Positions 34,817 through 44,368 of a stretch of DNA of 64,000 nucleotides are shown piece after piece; the stretch's first letter is position 1, and each line of letters opens with the position of its first letter. Under the pieces are notes generated by a model, which ran no database searches, was not told where the DNA came from, and saw only the letters and a list, made by a program, of their open reading frames with translations. The translations under genes and the position numbers were made by a program. The stretch is from Candidatus Omnitrophota bacterium. Lineage in GTDB: Bacteria > Omnitrophota > Gorgyraeia > Duberdicusellales > 4484-171. The stretch covers positions 304,960 through 368,959 of the forward strand of contig PMCS01000029.1 of assembly GCA_003154195.1 (NCBI GenBank), in the 5' to 3' direction.

Positions 34817-36673
34817 ATGGAAATAATCACGGCTTTGGGGTCAGTTTTATTTATTATTTTATCGGCTGACGCGCTTGGCCGCCTGCCGCCAAGCGCTATT
34901 TTAAAAGATATATATGAGGCACGAATCGGCCTGGGGCTGGCGGTTATTTCCTATTTTATTTTTTTTCTCGGTATTTTTAAATTACTTAATTCCCCCGTTA
35001 TACTATTCTCGTCATTGCTTATTTTTTTACCGCTATTTTTCGCCAATTTAAAAAATTATAAATCTACCCTGCGGCGAACTGCAAGATATTTTTATCAACA
35101 AATCTGCTCGATGCCGATGTTCGATAAATTTATATTTTCTGTTTTAAGTGTTTACTTTGTTTTACTCTTTTTAAATACGCTGACGCCGCCCACCTGCCGT
35201 GATTCTTTGACTTACCATTTATATTTGCCTAAAATATGGCTGAAAGAACAACGGATATTTTCTTTACCAGAAAATATTTATTCATTTTTTCCGCATTTTT
35301 GGGAAATGCTTTATGCTTACGCTTTGCTTCTCGGCGGCGATATCGGCGCAAAGCTCCTGCATTTGTTTACCATTTTCCTAAGCGCGAGGCTCATCGCGAG
35401 AATCATTAAATTGTTGTACCCGCGGATAGAACGCCGGTATATTCTGCTGAGCATTCTTGTTTTTGTTTCCACTCCTACAATCGGCAAAATCGCCACCTGG
35501 GCATACGTCGATCTCGCCCAGACTTATTATCTTTTACTTTCTTTTTATTTCCTGTTTTTGTTCCTGCGGGGAGAAAGGAAAATAACGTTTTATTTGTCGG
35601 CCATCTTTTTAGGTTGCGCCTTAGCCATAAAATACCTTTCGTTGGTATGGCTTTTGTTTTTGCCGTTTTTGATTCTGGAGAAAAAGATTGAAGAAAAGAA
35701 AGGAAAAGAAGCTTTATTTTTGATCGGCGCTTATGTCACTACGGCTTTATCGTGCGCCTTACCTTATTATCTCAAAAATTATTTTGATACCGGCAACCCT
35801 TTTTATCCTTTTTTTTACGGTATCTTCGGCGGTCGATTCCTTGATGCCGGAAAAAGCGTGCTGCTTGACGGGTATTTTAAAAGTTTCGGCTATGGCAATG
35901 GGCTGGGTGATTTATTGTTTTTACCGATAAGATTGGCGTTTTTTTCACGGTTTGAAAACCATCAAAAGTTTGACGGCGAAATCGGGATAATTTATTTGTT
36001 GCTGGCGGTTATCTTTATATGTAAATATAAAAAAATAGATTTGTGGAAGTCTTTAATCTATCTACCCTTTATCGGCGTTTTATTATGGTTCGCGGCCAGC
36101 CAGCAGGTACGATTTTTAATTCCTTTGCTGGCGGTTTTTATCATAATCGCCATAGGGCCGCTGGGACGGGTAAATAAATTTTATTTAAATCTGGTTTTAG
36201 CGATAATCAGCGCTTTATATTTATATTACCCGACCAGGCAATTCATCGAAGCCAGGCCTTACAATTTTATTTTAAACAGGGAAAGCCGCCCGGCCTATTT
36301 AGTAAGAAGCTATCCGATTGTTTATCCCTTGATTGAGAAGATAAACCGGTATGTTCCCCGCGATTCAAAAATAATGCTTTTAATGACCGGACAGATCGCT
36401 TATTTGTTCCAACGCGATGTTTATCAAGAGGTAATCTTTGAAGATTACTCTTTAAGAAAAGCGCTACGGAAAGGGGTAGGCGAAACCATGGGATTTTTTA
36501 AAAATAACCGAATAACCTTTATACTTATTAACGAATCGGCGGTCGCCGGATATTTCGATGAATATGCCGGGAAACAGGTTATTTTTAATTACCTTGAGCT
36601 GAGAAGGAAATATTTAAAGCCGGTTTACCGGCAAAATGGTTTTGGTGTTTATGAAATTATTTTTCCGCGTTAA
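34817..36673 (+). CDS. GT-C (ArnT/PMT-like) polytopic membrane glycosyltransferase
   Basis: PPTCRDSLTYHLYLPK, AYVD, GNPFYPF, QQVRFLIP. Confidence 0.7.
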   Translation: MEIITALGSVLFIILSADALGRLPPSAILKDIYEARIGLGLAVISYFIFFLGIFKLLNSPVILFSSLLIFLPLFFANLKNYKSTLRRTARYFYQQICSMPMFDKFIFSVLSVYFVLLFLNTLTPPTCRDSLTYHLYLPKIWLKEQRIFSLPENIYSFFPHFWEMLYAYALLLGGDIGAKLLHLFTIFLSARLIARIIKLLYPRIERRYILLSILVFVSTPTIGKIATWAYVDLAQTYYLLLSFYFLFLFLRGERKITFYLSAIFLGCALAIKYLSLVWLLFLPFLILEKKIEEKKGKEALFLIGAYVTTALSCALPYYLKNYFDTGNPFYPFFYGIFGGRFLDAGKSVLLDGYFKSFGYGNGLGDLLFLPIRLAFFSRFENHQKFDGEIGIIYLLLAVIFICKYKKIDLWKSLIYLPFIGVLLWFAASQQVRFLIPLLAVFIIIAIGPLGRVNKFYLNLVLAIISALYLYYPTRQFIEARPYNFILNRESRPAYLVRSYPIVYPLIEKINRYVPRDSKIMLLMTGQIAYLFQRDVYQEVIFEDYSLRKALRKGVGETMGFFKNNRITFILINESAVAGYFDEYAGKQVIFNYLELRRKYLKPVYRQNGFGVYEIIFPR

Positions 36674-37358
36674 ATTTTCCCATTACCCTTACCGGCTTTT
36701 TTCCGGCCAGGGGATATTAGGGTTATGTTTTTTTTCCTCTTTGCTATGGGAAAATTACCTGGTTAAATCAGGCAAGCCCACGGCAAGAGCCGTGCTGATA
36801 TTTTTATGCGCTTATCTTTTAATTTTTCACAGTACCTTTAGTTTCCGGGGAGGTCGGCCTGGATTAAATATTTTCAACTCCACCTACGCTCATTTTTTTA
36901 AAGCCGATATGGATAAATTGCTGGAGTTTAAGTCTATTTTTTATCCCGCCGATTATTACCCGATTGTCGATGTTATTAAAAAACATACCCGGCCGCAGGA
37001 GATTATTTCTTCCAATATCGATATGATGACCGGAGTTTTTTCCGCGTTATCCGGCCGGCCCGCGGCTAATTCGATGTTTTATGAAATAAAGGCCCGGAGG
37101 GCTATTTTCGAAGAGTATGTTTTTGCCCGGTTGATTGTCTGGATCAAACCGCCGGACAAAACTCTTTATTTTTTAAAAAACCGTTTGAAATGGCAAAAGA
37201 TTTATGAAAATAAAATCGCGATTGTTTTTGAGAATCCCAATGCTTCCCGCCGTATCTATCCCGCAAAAGCAGTAATCCCGTTTAAATATATCGGCGTAAT
37301 CTTAGCGATTATTTTTATGTTTTTGGCTTTTGATTTATTTTTGCGGAATAAAAAATAA
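36636..37358 (+). CDS. Membrane protein, probably the C-terminal remnant of a GT-C-type gene
   Basis: Overlaps the upstream gene by 38 nt, no clear RBS; resembles last TM helices plus soluble tail. Confidence 0.4.
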   Translation: MVLVFMKLFFRVKFSHYPYRLFSGQGILGLCFFSSLLWENYLVKSGKPTARAVLIFLCAYLLIFHSTFSFRGGRPGLNIFNSTYAHFFKADMDKLLEFKSIFYPADYYPIVDVIKKHTRPQEIISSNIDMMTGVFSALSGRPAANSMFYEIKARRAIFEEYVFARLIVWIKPPDKTLYFLKNRLKWQKIYENKIAIVFENPNASRRIYPAKAVIPFKYIGVILAIIFMFLAFDLFLRNKK

Positions 37359-37359
37359 A

Positions 37360-38967
37360 ATGAAATTATTGCATATTATTATAATAATAGTTCTCGGTTT
37401 AGTAATTTACTCTAATTCGCTGGCCGGTCGGTTTGTCTGGGATGATTATACCTTAGTGGAGGCAAACACTTACCTGAGGAGCTGGTCCCATGTGCCCGAT
37501 ATTTTTACCAGAGATATGGGTTCTGGCGCCGACGTAAAATATTATTTTTACCGCCCTTTGCAGATATTTATTTACCGCCTAATCTATTCCTTGGCGAAAT
37601 TAGATGTAAGATTTTACCATTTCGCCAATATTTTTTTTCATATCGGCGCTGCTTTATGCGTTTATGGATTAGCGGTTATGATTTTTAGCGATAGCTTGCC
37701 GGCTTTTTTTACGGGGATTCTCTTTTTGGTTCATCCGATACAAACCGATGCTGTTTGCTATATTTCCGGAATAGCTGACCCTCTCTGCGCGGTATTTTTG
37801 CTCTTGTCTTCTATATTTTATATAAAATTTATCCATTGCGATAATAATTTTCAATCCGGTGCCGGCCGCAAACGGATAATCTTTTATGTTTTAGCGCTAA
37901 TAAGCTGTAATCTAGCTCTTTTGTCCAAAGAAATTGGTTTGGTTTTTCCGCTTATACTTTTATTGTGCCATTATACGTTTAAGAAAAAACTAGAAGGTAA
38001 ATATTTTTTGCCATTTTTGATTATCGTTTTTAGTTACCTATTATTTCGCAATTCAATCGTCGGCAACAATGCCCCGTTTAGTTTTACCGCCGCAGTATTG
38101 AGAATTCCCGGATTTTTTGCCGCGCTCGCCGATTACGCCCGGCTTTTGCTGCTCCCTTTCGGTTTGCATGCGGATTACGGGAACAAGCTATTCAGTTTTT
38201 TTCAGCCCGTGACGATACTGGGATTGAGTATTGTACTTTTTTTGCTGGTTCTGGCGTTCAAGAAAAAAAATAAAAACAATATTCTATTCTTTTCCGTAAT
38301 GTGGTTTTTTATCACGCTTTTACCGGTTTCCGGGATATACCCTATTTTACGTTTTTATATGGCCGAACATTATTTATACCTGCCGTCGCTGGGATTCTTT
38401 TTAATTTTTGCCGACATCCTAAATCGTGCCTGCCGAGTTGACAAATTTAAAATTGCCGGCCGTATTTTAATAATATTTTTAGTCGGTTTTTATTCTTATT
38501 TGACCGTTAAACAGAATAATTACTGGCGGGAACCGGTAACATTTTATAAAAGGACGGTTAAATATAATCCTCTAAGCGTCAGGATGTGGATGATGCTTGG
38601 CGAGATCTATTTTGCCGGGGCCAGGTATGATGAGGCGGAGGCGGTATTCAAAAAGGTCGTAGAGATTAATCCCAACCATTCAGCCGGTTACTTTACCTTA
38701 GGCAATATCTATGCAAGGAGGGGGCAGTTTAAGGATGCCGCTTTTTATTTTGAAAAAGCCATCGAAGTTAACCCTGAGCACGCCGCGGCTTATAATAATC
38801 TGGCTAACCTTTTCAGGCAAATCGGCAGAAAAAATATCGCGGTATCTTTGTACAAAAAAGCTATCGAAGTTGATGCTCATCTTGAATCGGCTCGCGCCAA
38901 TCTTGCCGATATTTCTCATAATCTGGACGAGCCGGAACCAAAAAAGAAAAAAAATCGTCCAGATTAG
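37360..38967 (+). CDS. TMTC-like GT-C protein with TPRs (#2)
   Basis: WDD, YRPL, HPIQTDAVCYISG, LLSKE, AEHYLYLPS, TPRs. Confidence 0.85.
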   Translation: MKLLHIIIIIVLGLVIYSNSLAGRFVWDDYTLVEANTYLRSWSHVPDIFTRDMGSGADVKYYFYRPLQIFIYRLIYSLAKLDVRFYHFANIFFHIGAALCVYGLAVMIFSDSLPAFFTGILFLVHPIQTDAVCYISGIADPLCAVFLLLSSIFYIKFIHCDNNFQSGAGRKRIIFYVLALISCNLALLSKEIGLVFPLILLLCHYTFKKKLEGKYFLPFLIIVFSYLLFRNSIVGNNAPFSFTAAVLRIPGFFAALADYARLLLLPFGLHADYGNKLFSFFQPVTILGLSIVLFLLVLAFKKKNKNNILFFSVMWFFITLLPVSGIYPILRFYMAEHYLYLPSLGFFLIFADILNRACRVDKFKIAGRILIIFLVGFYSYLTVKQNNYWREPVTFYKRTVKYNPLSVRMWMMLGEIYFAGARYDEAEAVFKKVVEINPNHSAGYFTLGNIYARRGQFKDAAFYFEKAIEVNPEHAAAYNNLANLFRQIGRKNIAVSLYKKAIEVDAHLESARANLADISHNLDEPEPKKKKNRPD

Positions 38968-38974
38968 TCATTTG

Positions 38975-40558
38975 TTAAAGCCGGTAGACCGACATTATTT
39001 TCAAGCCGTTTACGGTAAGCGAGTAATACTCGTTTTTAAGCGGATAATCTTTTTCGCGAAGGGAATAATTGCTTATAAAATAGTCAGCCTCATCGATTTT
39101 GTCAACGAAGCGTATGCGCTGCCGGTCTTCAGGCAGCAGGATAGGATAATTCCATTTACCGCCGTAATTAGCCGCGCATATTTTTATAATATTCCGCTTG
39201 TCGGTTTGCATGATGTACTCCAGCCCTTGGCGGTAGGATAAACCCCAGTAGTCCACCTCAAAATTATTTTTGATATTTTGAGGTTTTCCTGCCAGCGCGT
39301 TAAAATAAATATCCTGATAGGGATGGGCAACGGCCATGAACCAGGCCGTTTCCGCCAGATTAATTGTAATCAGCGCCGCGATAGCAATATCAAAAGTGCA
39401 TTTTGTCCCGCCGGTAAATCTTATCTTAATAAATTCTCTGAGAGCGGTTACCCCTTTTAAAGCAAAGAGCAAAACGGCCGGGTAGATAAAAAACATGTGG
39501 CGCCAGGAGTTATAAAGCGTTGGGCGGTATATGATCGCCGTTGTCATAGGAAAAAAGAGCCAGAGGAGAAAAATTAAATAATCACGGTGTCGCCGGTAAA
39601 ATTCCCGGAAACTAAAAATCATATTTTTAATAACCGCCGCCAGGCCGATTAGGAAAAGTACGAGATAAACCAGGGGTGTAGAAACAGCAATCCATACCGG
39701 TGTATAATGCCAGGGTGGATGGTTTATCTCGATGTAATTTCCTAAATATAAAATTTTTCCAGCCACGGGGAATTTTGTCATCAGCTTGAGCGATGCCATA
39801 AAATTAGAAAGCGGATTCTGCCATAGAATCGGCCAAAAAAGGATAGTAAGCAAAACCAGTAGCCCGGCATACAGCGCAAAGCTTAAAAATACGTTTGCTT
39901 GCTTTTTATCCGGCGGTAAAAGTATTTTTCCGATTGACTCGCTAAAAACAAAAATAACGGTGAAAAAAGGAACAATTACCCCGATTACCCGTAAATCGAT
40001 AAGCAGAGCGCAGGCCAGAGCGTGAAAAAATATACGCCCGAGAGTTCTTTTATCCAAATATCTTAGCAGGGTATAAATACTGATGATAAACATGGCCAGG
40101 AAAGGTATGTCTTTGGGATTATAAAAGGAATGAGCGAACAGTCGTGGGCTTAAGACCAGAAAGAGAGCGCCGAGCAATCCGGCCTTCCAATCGCCGAAGT
40201 GGTATTTACATAATCGGTAGAAGAAAAATACCCCCAGGTAAAATATTAAAAAATTTGCCAGGTGCCGGGCAAAGCATATATCTCTTGAATCTTGTAAATG
40301 TAAAATTTTCTCCGTGGCGATAAGGGTAACCTCAAAGATCGAGCCGTAGTGCCTATCGCGATTTTTAAGAAGTTCCTTGTTGCCTTTTACAATATAGCTA
40401 TAGGTTTCTTTTCCCAGGGTTCTTTGAAACTTTTCATCCCAGGAAACTCCGTAATCAGTGAATACTTTTATCCCGATTAAGAGATATACGGCAAAAAATA
40501 ACAGGACGATAACCCGGCGGTTGTTGTCAATTAAGCTTATAATTTTATATTTTGTCAT
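38975..40558 (-). CDS. GT-C (PMT_2-like) membrane glycosyltransferase
   Basis: DYGVSWDE, SPRLFAHSFYNPKDIP, WRHMFF, FEVDYWG. Confidence 0.75.
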   Translation of the reverse strand: MTKYKIISLIDNNRRVIVLLFFAVYLLIGIKVFTDYGVSWDEKFQRTLGKETYSYIVKGNKELLKNRDRHYGSIFEVTLIATEKILHLQDSRDICFARHLANFLIFYLGVFFFYRLCKYHFGDWKAGLLGALFLVLSPRLFAHSFYNPKDIPFLAMFIISIYTLLRYLDKRTLGRIFFHALACALLIDLRVIGVIVPFFTVIFVFSESIGKILLPPDKKQANVFLSFALYAGLLVLLTILFWPILWQNPLSNFMASLKLMTKFPVAGKILYLGNYIEINHPPWHYTPVWIAVSTPLVYLVLFLIGLAAVIKNMIFSFREFYRRHRDYLIFLLWLFFPMTTAIIYRPTLYNSWRHMFFIYPAVLLFALKGVTALREFIKIRFTGGTKCTFDIAIAALITINLAETAWFMAVAHPYQDIYFNALAGKPQNIKNNFEVDYWGLSYRQGLEYIMQTDKRNIIKICAANYGGKWNYPILLPEDRQRIRFVDKIDEADYFISNYSLREKDYPLKNEYYSLTVNGLKIMSVYRL

Positions 40559-42407
40559 AACGGTGAGGCGCTAAGGCCTTTAAAAATCCCGAGTGTATTT
40601 TATATCCCAGTTTTATCGCCTGATCGCAATGTTTTATTGCCAGGCTATATTGTTTTTTAGCATAATAGATTATCGAAAGATTATTATGGGTTTCGGCCAG
40701 TTCGGGATTTATTTCCAGAGCCTTGAGAAAAAATCGGACAGCTGGCTCGATTTGTCCTATATCTTTGAAGATAATCCCCAGGCTATTATAGGCGTCGGCA
40801 AAATCAGGATTAATCTTTACGGCCATGCTTAATGAATCTACGGCATTTTTTATATCCGATATTTTTCGATAAGTAAGGCCGAGGCTGTAATATGTCCGGC
40901 TGTCGCCGGGATTTATTTGAAGCGCTTTTTTATATAAAGTTATTGCTTCGGCGTATTCCCGTTCTCCATAGTAGACAGCCGCTAAGCTGAGATAAGCATC
41001 GGCGTAACGGGGATTTATTTCCACCGCTTTCTTAAAAAATTTCTTAGCCTCATTTTTTTTGTTCAGGCTTTCGTAAACCTTGCCCGCGTTTAAATAAGCC
41101 TGGGTGTAGCCGGGGTTATCTTTGGTCGCTGTCGTGAAAGATGTGATTGCTTCTTCTTTTTCCCCTTTAGCGTAATAGGCCGCGCCGAGATTGTAGTAAA
41201 GCTTTGCCTGGTCGGGAGAATATTTTAAAGTTCTTTGGTAAAAGGCAATCGGTTCTTTCCAGTAGTTGTTTTGTTCGATGGTCAAACAAGAATAAAAAAA
41301 CAATAAACTTATCGATAAAGAAACGGCAAGCAATTTGAATCTATCTATTTTAAATAAGTCGTTTATCTTTTTCGCGAGAATAAAAAAGAATCCCAGGGAA
41401 GGGAGATAAAGGAAATGCTCTGCCATATAGAAAGATATAGGGTAGATATTCGAAGCGGGAATAATACTTACAAAAAACCACAAGATAGAAAATGATAAAA
41501 TCGTGCGGTGTTTGTTTCTAAAGGCATAAACCAGCAAAAAGATAAGAATAACCATGCCGATTATTGCCTGGGGGCGGCTAAAAGGAAAAAATTCCCGGCC
41601 ATAATCCATATGAAGAGAAAACGGTAAAAACAGAAGTTTTATATAATTTGTTATCGCCGTAAAAAATCCCGGTATTCTTTCCCATGAAGAGGCGACGGGA
41701 GAAAGGGAGAGCCGGCCGTATTCCAGCAGAGTAAAACGCAGGGTAAGATAGGCCGCGCCCAACGCGCATAGCAGCAAGAATGGTTTTATCCGTATATTTT
41801 TGCGAAAAACGTAGTGATAGGCTAATAATAATCCCGGAAGAACCAGACTGGTTTCTTTAGAGAGGAGCGCAAGGATGTAGCTCGACGCCATCACAAACCA
41901 GAGCGAAAAACTTTTTGGCGATAGGGAAAGCTTTATATAAACAATAAAGCAAGTCAGCATAAATATGGCGGCTAACGAATCGGTTCTCCCCGATATGTAG
42001 GATACGGCTTCCGTATGAATGGGGTGGACTACAAATAAGCTTGCGGCAAGAAGAGCCAGGGTAAGATCGTTAAAAAGAATGATTGCCAGCCGCCAAGCGC
42101 ATAATGCGGCCAGGATATGTAAAATTATGTTGGTAAGGTGGTAGCCTTTAACATTCAGCTTCCATAAAGAATAGTCAAGATTATAAGTCAGTATTTGCAG
42201 CGGCCGGTAAAACATCACTCCTGTTTCATCGCCGGCTTTAAAATTTTCGCTGAAAATCTTCGGCGCCAGCGCCCAGCTTTTTACGTAGGCATTATCTTTG
42301 ATCAAAAGATTATCGTCCCAGATGAATTCTCCGTCCAGAGAGTTAGCGTAGGCAATAATTCCCAGGAGAGTTATCAAGGCAATGGAAAAGATAGTATTTT
42401 TTTTCAC
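40545..42407 (-). CDS. TMTC-like GT-C protein with TPRs (#3)
   Basis: WDD, YRPL, HPIHTEAVSYISGR, LLSKE, AEHFLYLPS, about 6 TPRs. Confidence 0.85.
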   Translation of the reverse strand: MKKNTIFSIALITLLGIIAYANSLDGEFIWDDNLLIKDNAYVKSWALAPKIFSENFKAGDETGVMFYRPLQILTYNLDYSLWKLNVKGYHLTNIILHILAALCAWRLAIILFNDLTLALLAASLFVVHPIHTEAVSYISGRTDSLAAIFMLTCFIVYIKLSLSPKSFSLWFVMASSYILALLSKETSLVLPGLLLAYHYVFRKNIRIKPFLLLCALGAAYLTLRFTLLEYGRLSLSPVASSWERIPGFFTAITNYIKLLFLPFSLHMDYGREFFPFSRPQAIIGMVILIFLLVYAFRNKHRTILSFSILWFFVSIIPASNIYPISFYMAEHFLYLPSLGFFFILAKKINDLFKIDRFKLLAVSLSISLLFFYSCLTIEQNNYWKEPIAFYQRTLKYSPDQAKLYYNLGAAYYAKGEKEEAITSFTTATKDNPGYTQAYLNAGKVYESLNKKNEAKKFFKKAVEINPRYADAYLSLAAVYYGEREYAEAITLYKKALQINPGDSRTYYSLGLTYRKISDIKNAVDSLSMAVKINPDFADAYNSLGIIFKDIGQIEPAVRFFLKALEINPELAETHNNLSIIYYAKKQYSLAIKHCDQAIKLGYKIHSGFLKALAPHRYDKI

Positions 42408-42490
42408 ATCCGTCTTCTTCTTCTTCTTCTTCGGGTATTTTCTACATAATAAACTTTCAGGCTATTTATATTTATGCATTTCCTGAAAGT

Positions 42491-44158
42491 TTATTCGGTA
42501 ATCGCGAAAACAATTTGTTTTCTTTGGTTATAGATAAATTTTTTAACCCTGTATTTTAATTTACTTATGATATATTTACGATTTTCATTTATTGATTCAT
42601 AATAATCCACTACAAATAACGTTCGGCCGTCATGCCGGTAGCATTCATCTTCCGCTTTATCGTATACAACGTATTTATCCATCTTCGCGGTTTTACGAAA
42701 TTGTCCAGGATTGATTTTGGCAAAAAATAAAACATAAACATAAGCGTACCGGCTGGAAAGTAAAACTACGCGGTCATATCTTTGCGAATTATCCCGGGCG
42801 TATTCGATGGCCTCTTTCCACCCGTAGCTGAACCAATCCTGGGATACGGGAGGGTATATCACAAAATAGGCGTGTAAAAAGAATAAGATGTTGGCAAGAA
42901 TTAATGTAATCATTACAATTTTTATCGCGATATTCCGAATATTTTTCAATAAATAAAATACGCCGGCCGCCGCGATAATCTCGACGAACGGTACACCGGT
43001 TATCGCCCGCAGGGCATGGGGTATTTTATCGTTAGTGAGCGACGCGGGGATAAGCCCAGCCAGGAATAAAATAGCCAGGAGGATAATATTTTTATCCCGT
43101 AGCGGGAATACCCCCGCCGGTAGGCGTGGGGTGAGAGCAGGGCGGGACGTCGCCCCACGGGGGCGTATATAATAGAGGTACCACGGGCGTAAGCCCGTGG
43201 GGCCCCAGTCGCGCCGGGTAAAGACAAGGTAAAATGAGTAAATTATAAACGGCGATAAAAATATCATGATTTTACCGAAACCGGGGATGCCGTGACGCAG
43301 ATTGTAATCGCCGTTAACAAAAATAAAATTGGGCGATAGATGAGCCAGGAAGTTTATAAAAAATTGAGATAGGGGGTGAGCGGAGTTGAAGACCGAGATG
43401 GAATTAAACCTTCTGCTGCCTTGCCCTGATAAAAAAAGTTCATAGGGGGGAAGAGAAATCAATAAAAAAATCAACCCTGCGGCAAGAAAAAATCCGGCGG
43501 CATTCCGTTCCGATTTTAAAAGCGCGGCTATTTGTTTGAGGTAAAACAAAGAAACGATAATGATCGCCAGGGGGATAAAAACTTTCATGACCGGATAAGC
43601 ATATAAAGAAAGGCCGAAGGTAATTGCCGCGGGAATCGCCCATTTCGCGCTATGAAAACTTTTGAGTAATAAAAATAATCCCAGGGTAGTAAAAAATGGT
43701 ACTAAACTTGCTTCGTGCCCCCATCTCGTAATCGGGAGGTGCCATGGCGAAACGGCAAGCAGGAACGCGGCGACGATTCCGATATTCTTATTGAATAATT
43801 TTTTGGCAAAAAAATAGGTGGTTATGGTGGTCAGCGTTCCGATTATCGCCGCGGATAATCTTACCGCGAAGATATTTAGACCGAATAAAAAGATGAAAGG
43901 CGCGGTTAGGTATGTATACATTGCTTCCATGTAGCTCAGGTCGAATCTCTGGGTGTAAAAAGGGAGGAATTTCGCGTGCGTGTCATAGCCGGTTTTAATG
44001 ATGCTAAAAGCGTCATAACCGGCGGCGGCTTCGTCGCAAAAAAATCCGTCGGGGATGGCCGCCAATTTATATAATCTAAGGCTCAGGGCAAAGAGCGCGA
44101 TGAGGGTGAGAACCAAAACGTAACGCTTGGCGGCTAGGAACACAATAATTTTGTTCAT
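42491..44158 (-). CDS. ArnT/PMT-like GT-C glycosyltransferase with in-frame palindromic insert
   Basis: GFFCDEAAAGYDA, SPWH..RWGHE, GD.NLRH, PHALR. Confidence 0.8.
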   Translation of the reverse strand: MNKIIVFLAAKRYVLVLTLIALFALSLRLYKLAAIPDGFFCDEAAAGYDAFSIIKTGYDTHAKFLPFYTQRFDLSYMEAMYTYLTAPFIFLFGLNIFAVRLSAAIIGTLTTITTYFFAKKLFNKNIGIVAAFLLAVSPWHLPITRWGHEASLVPFFTTLGLFLLLKSFHSAKWAIPAAITFGLSLYAYPVMKVFIPLAIIIVSLFYLKQIAALLKSERNAAGFFLAAGLIFLLISLPPYELFLSGQGSRRFNSISVFNSAHPLSQFFINFLAHLSPNFIFVNGDYNLRHGIPGFGKIMIFLSPFIIYSFYLVFTRRDWGPTGLRPWYLYYIRPRGATSRPALTPRLPAGVFPLRDKNIILLAILFLAGLIPASLTNDKIPHALRAITGVPFVEIIAAAGVFYLLKNIRNIAIKIVMITLILANILFFLHAYFVIYPPVSQDWFSYGWKEAIEYARDNSQRYDRVVLLSSRYAYVYVLFFAKINPGQFRKTAKMDKYVVYDKAEDECYRHDGRTLFVVDYYESINENRKYIISKLKYRVKKFIYNQRKQIVFAITE

Positions 44159-44233
44159 CAGAAAGTATTCTACCGTAAAAGTATAAAGCAAGCCATAATT
44201 TTCTATTAGTAAATTTTTGGTGTGATAAAATAA

Positions 44234-44334
44234 TTAATGAGACTTAGCCGAAATCAAGCCCGAAGGGCGCAGATTGAGGCGGTAGCCGAATTACCCAGCA
44301 CTAATTTTGCCGTAGCAAAATTAGTGCTGGGTAA
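44234..44334 (+). repeat. TTAATGAGACTT-family copy followed by a perfect 20-bp hairpin
   Basis: ttaatgagacttagccgaaatcaagcccgaagggcg...gaggcggtagccgaa then TTACCCAGCACTAATTTTGC-cgta-GCAAAATTAGTGCTGGGTAA. Confidence 0.75.
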
Positions 44335-44368
44335 CGTAAATCGCCGGCTTCGTCGGTGGTAATTAACT

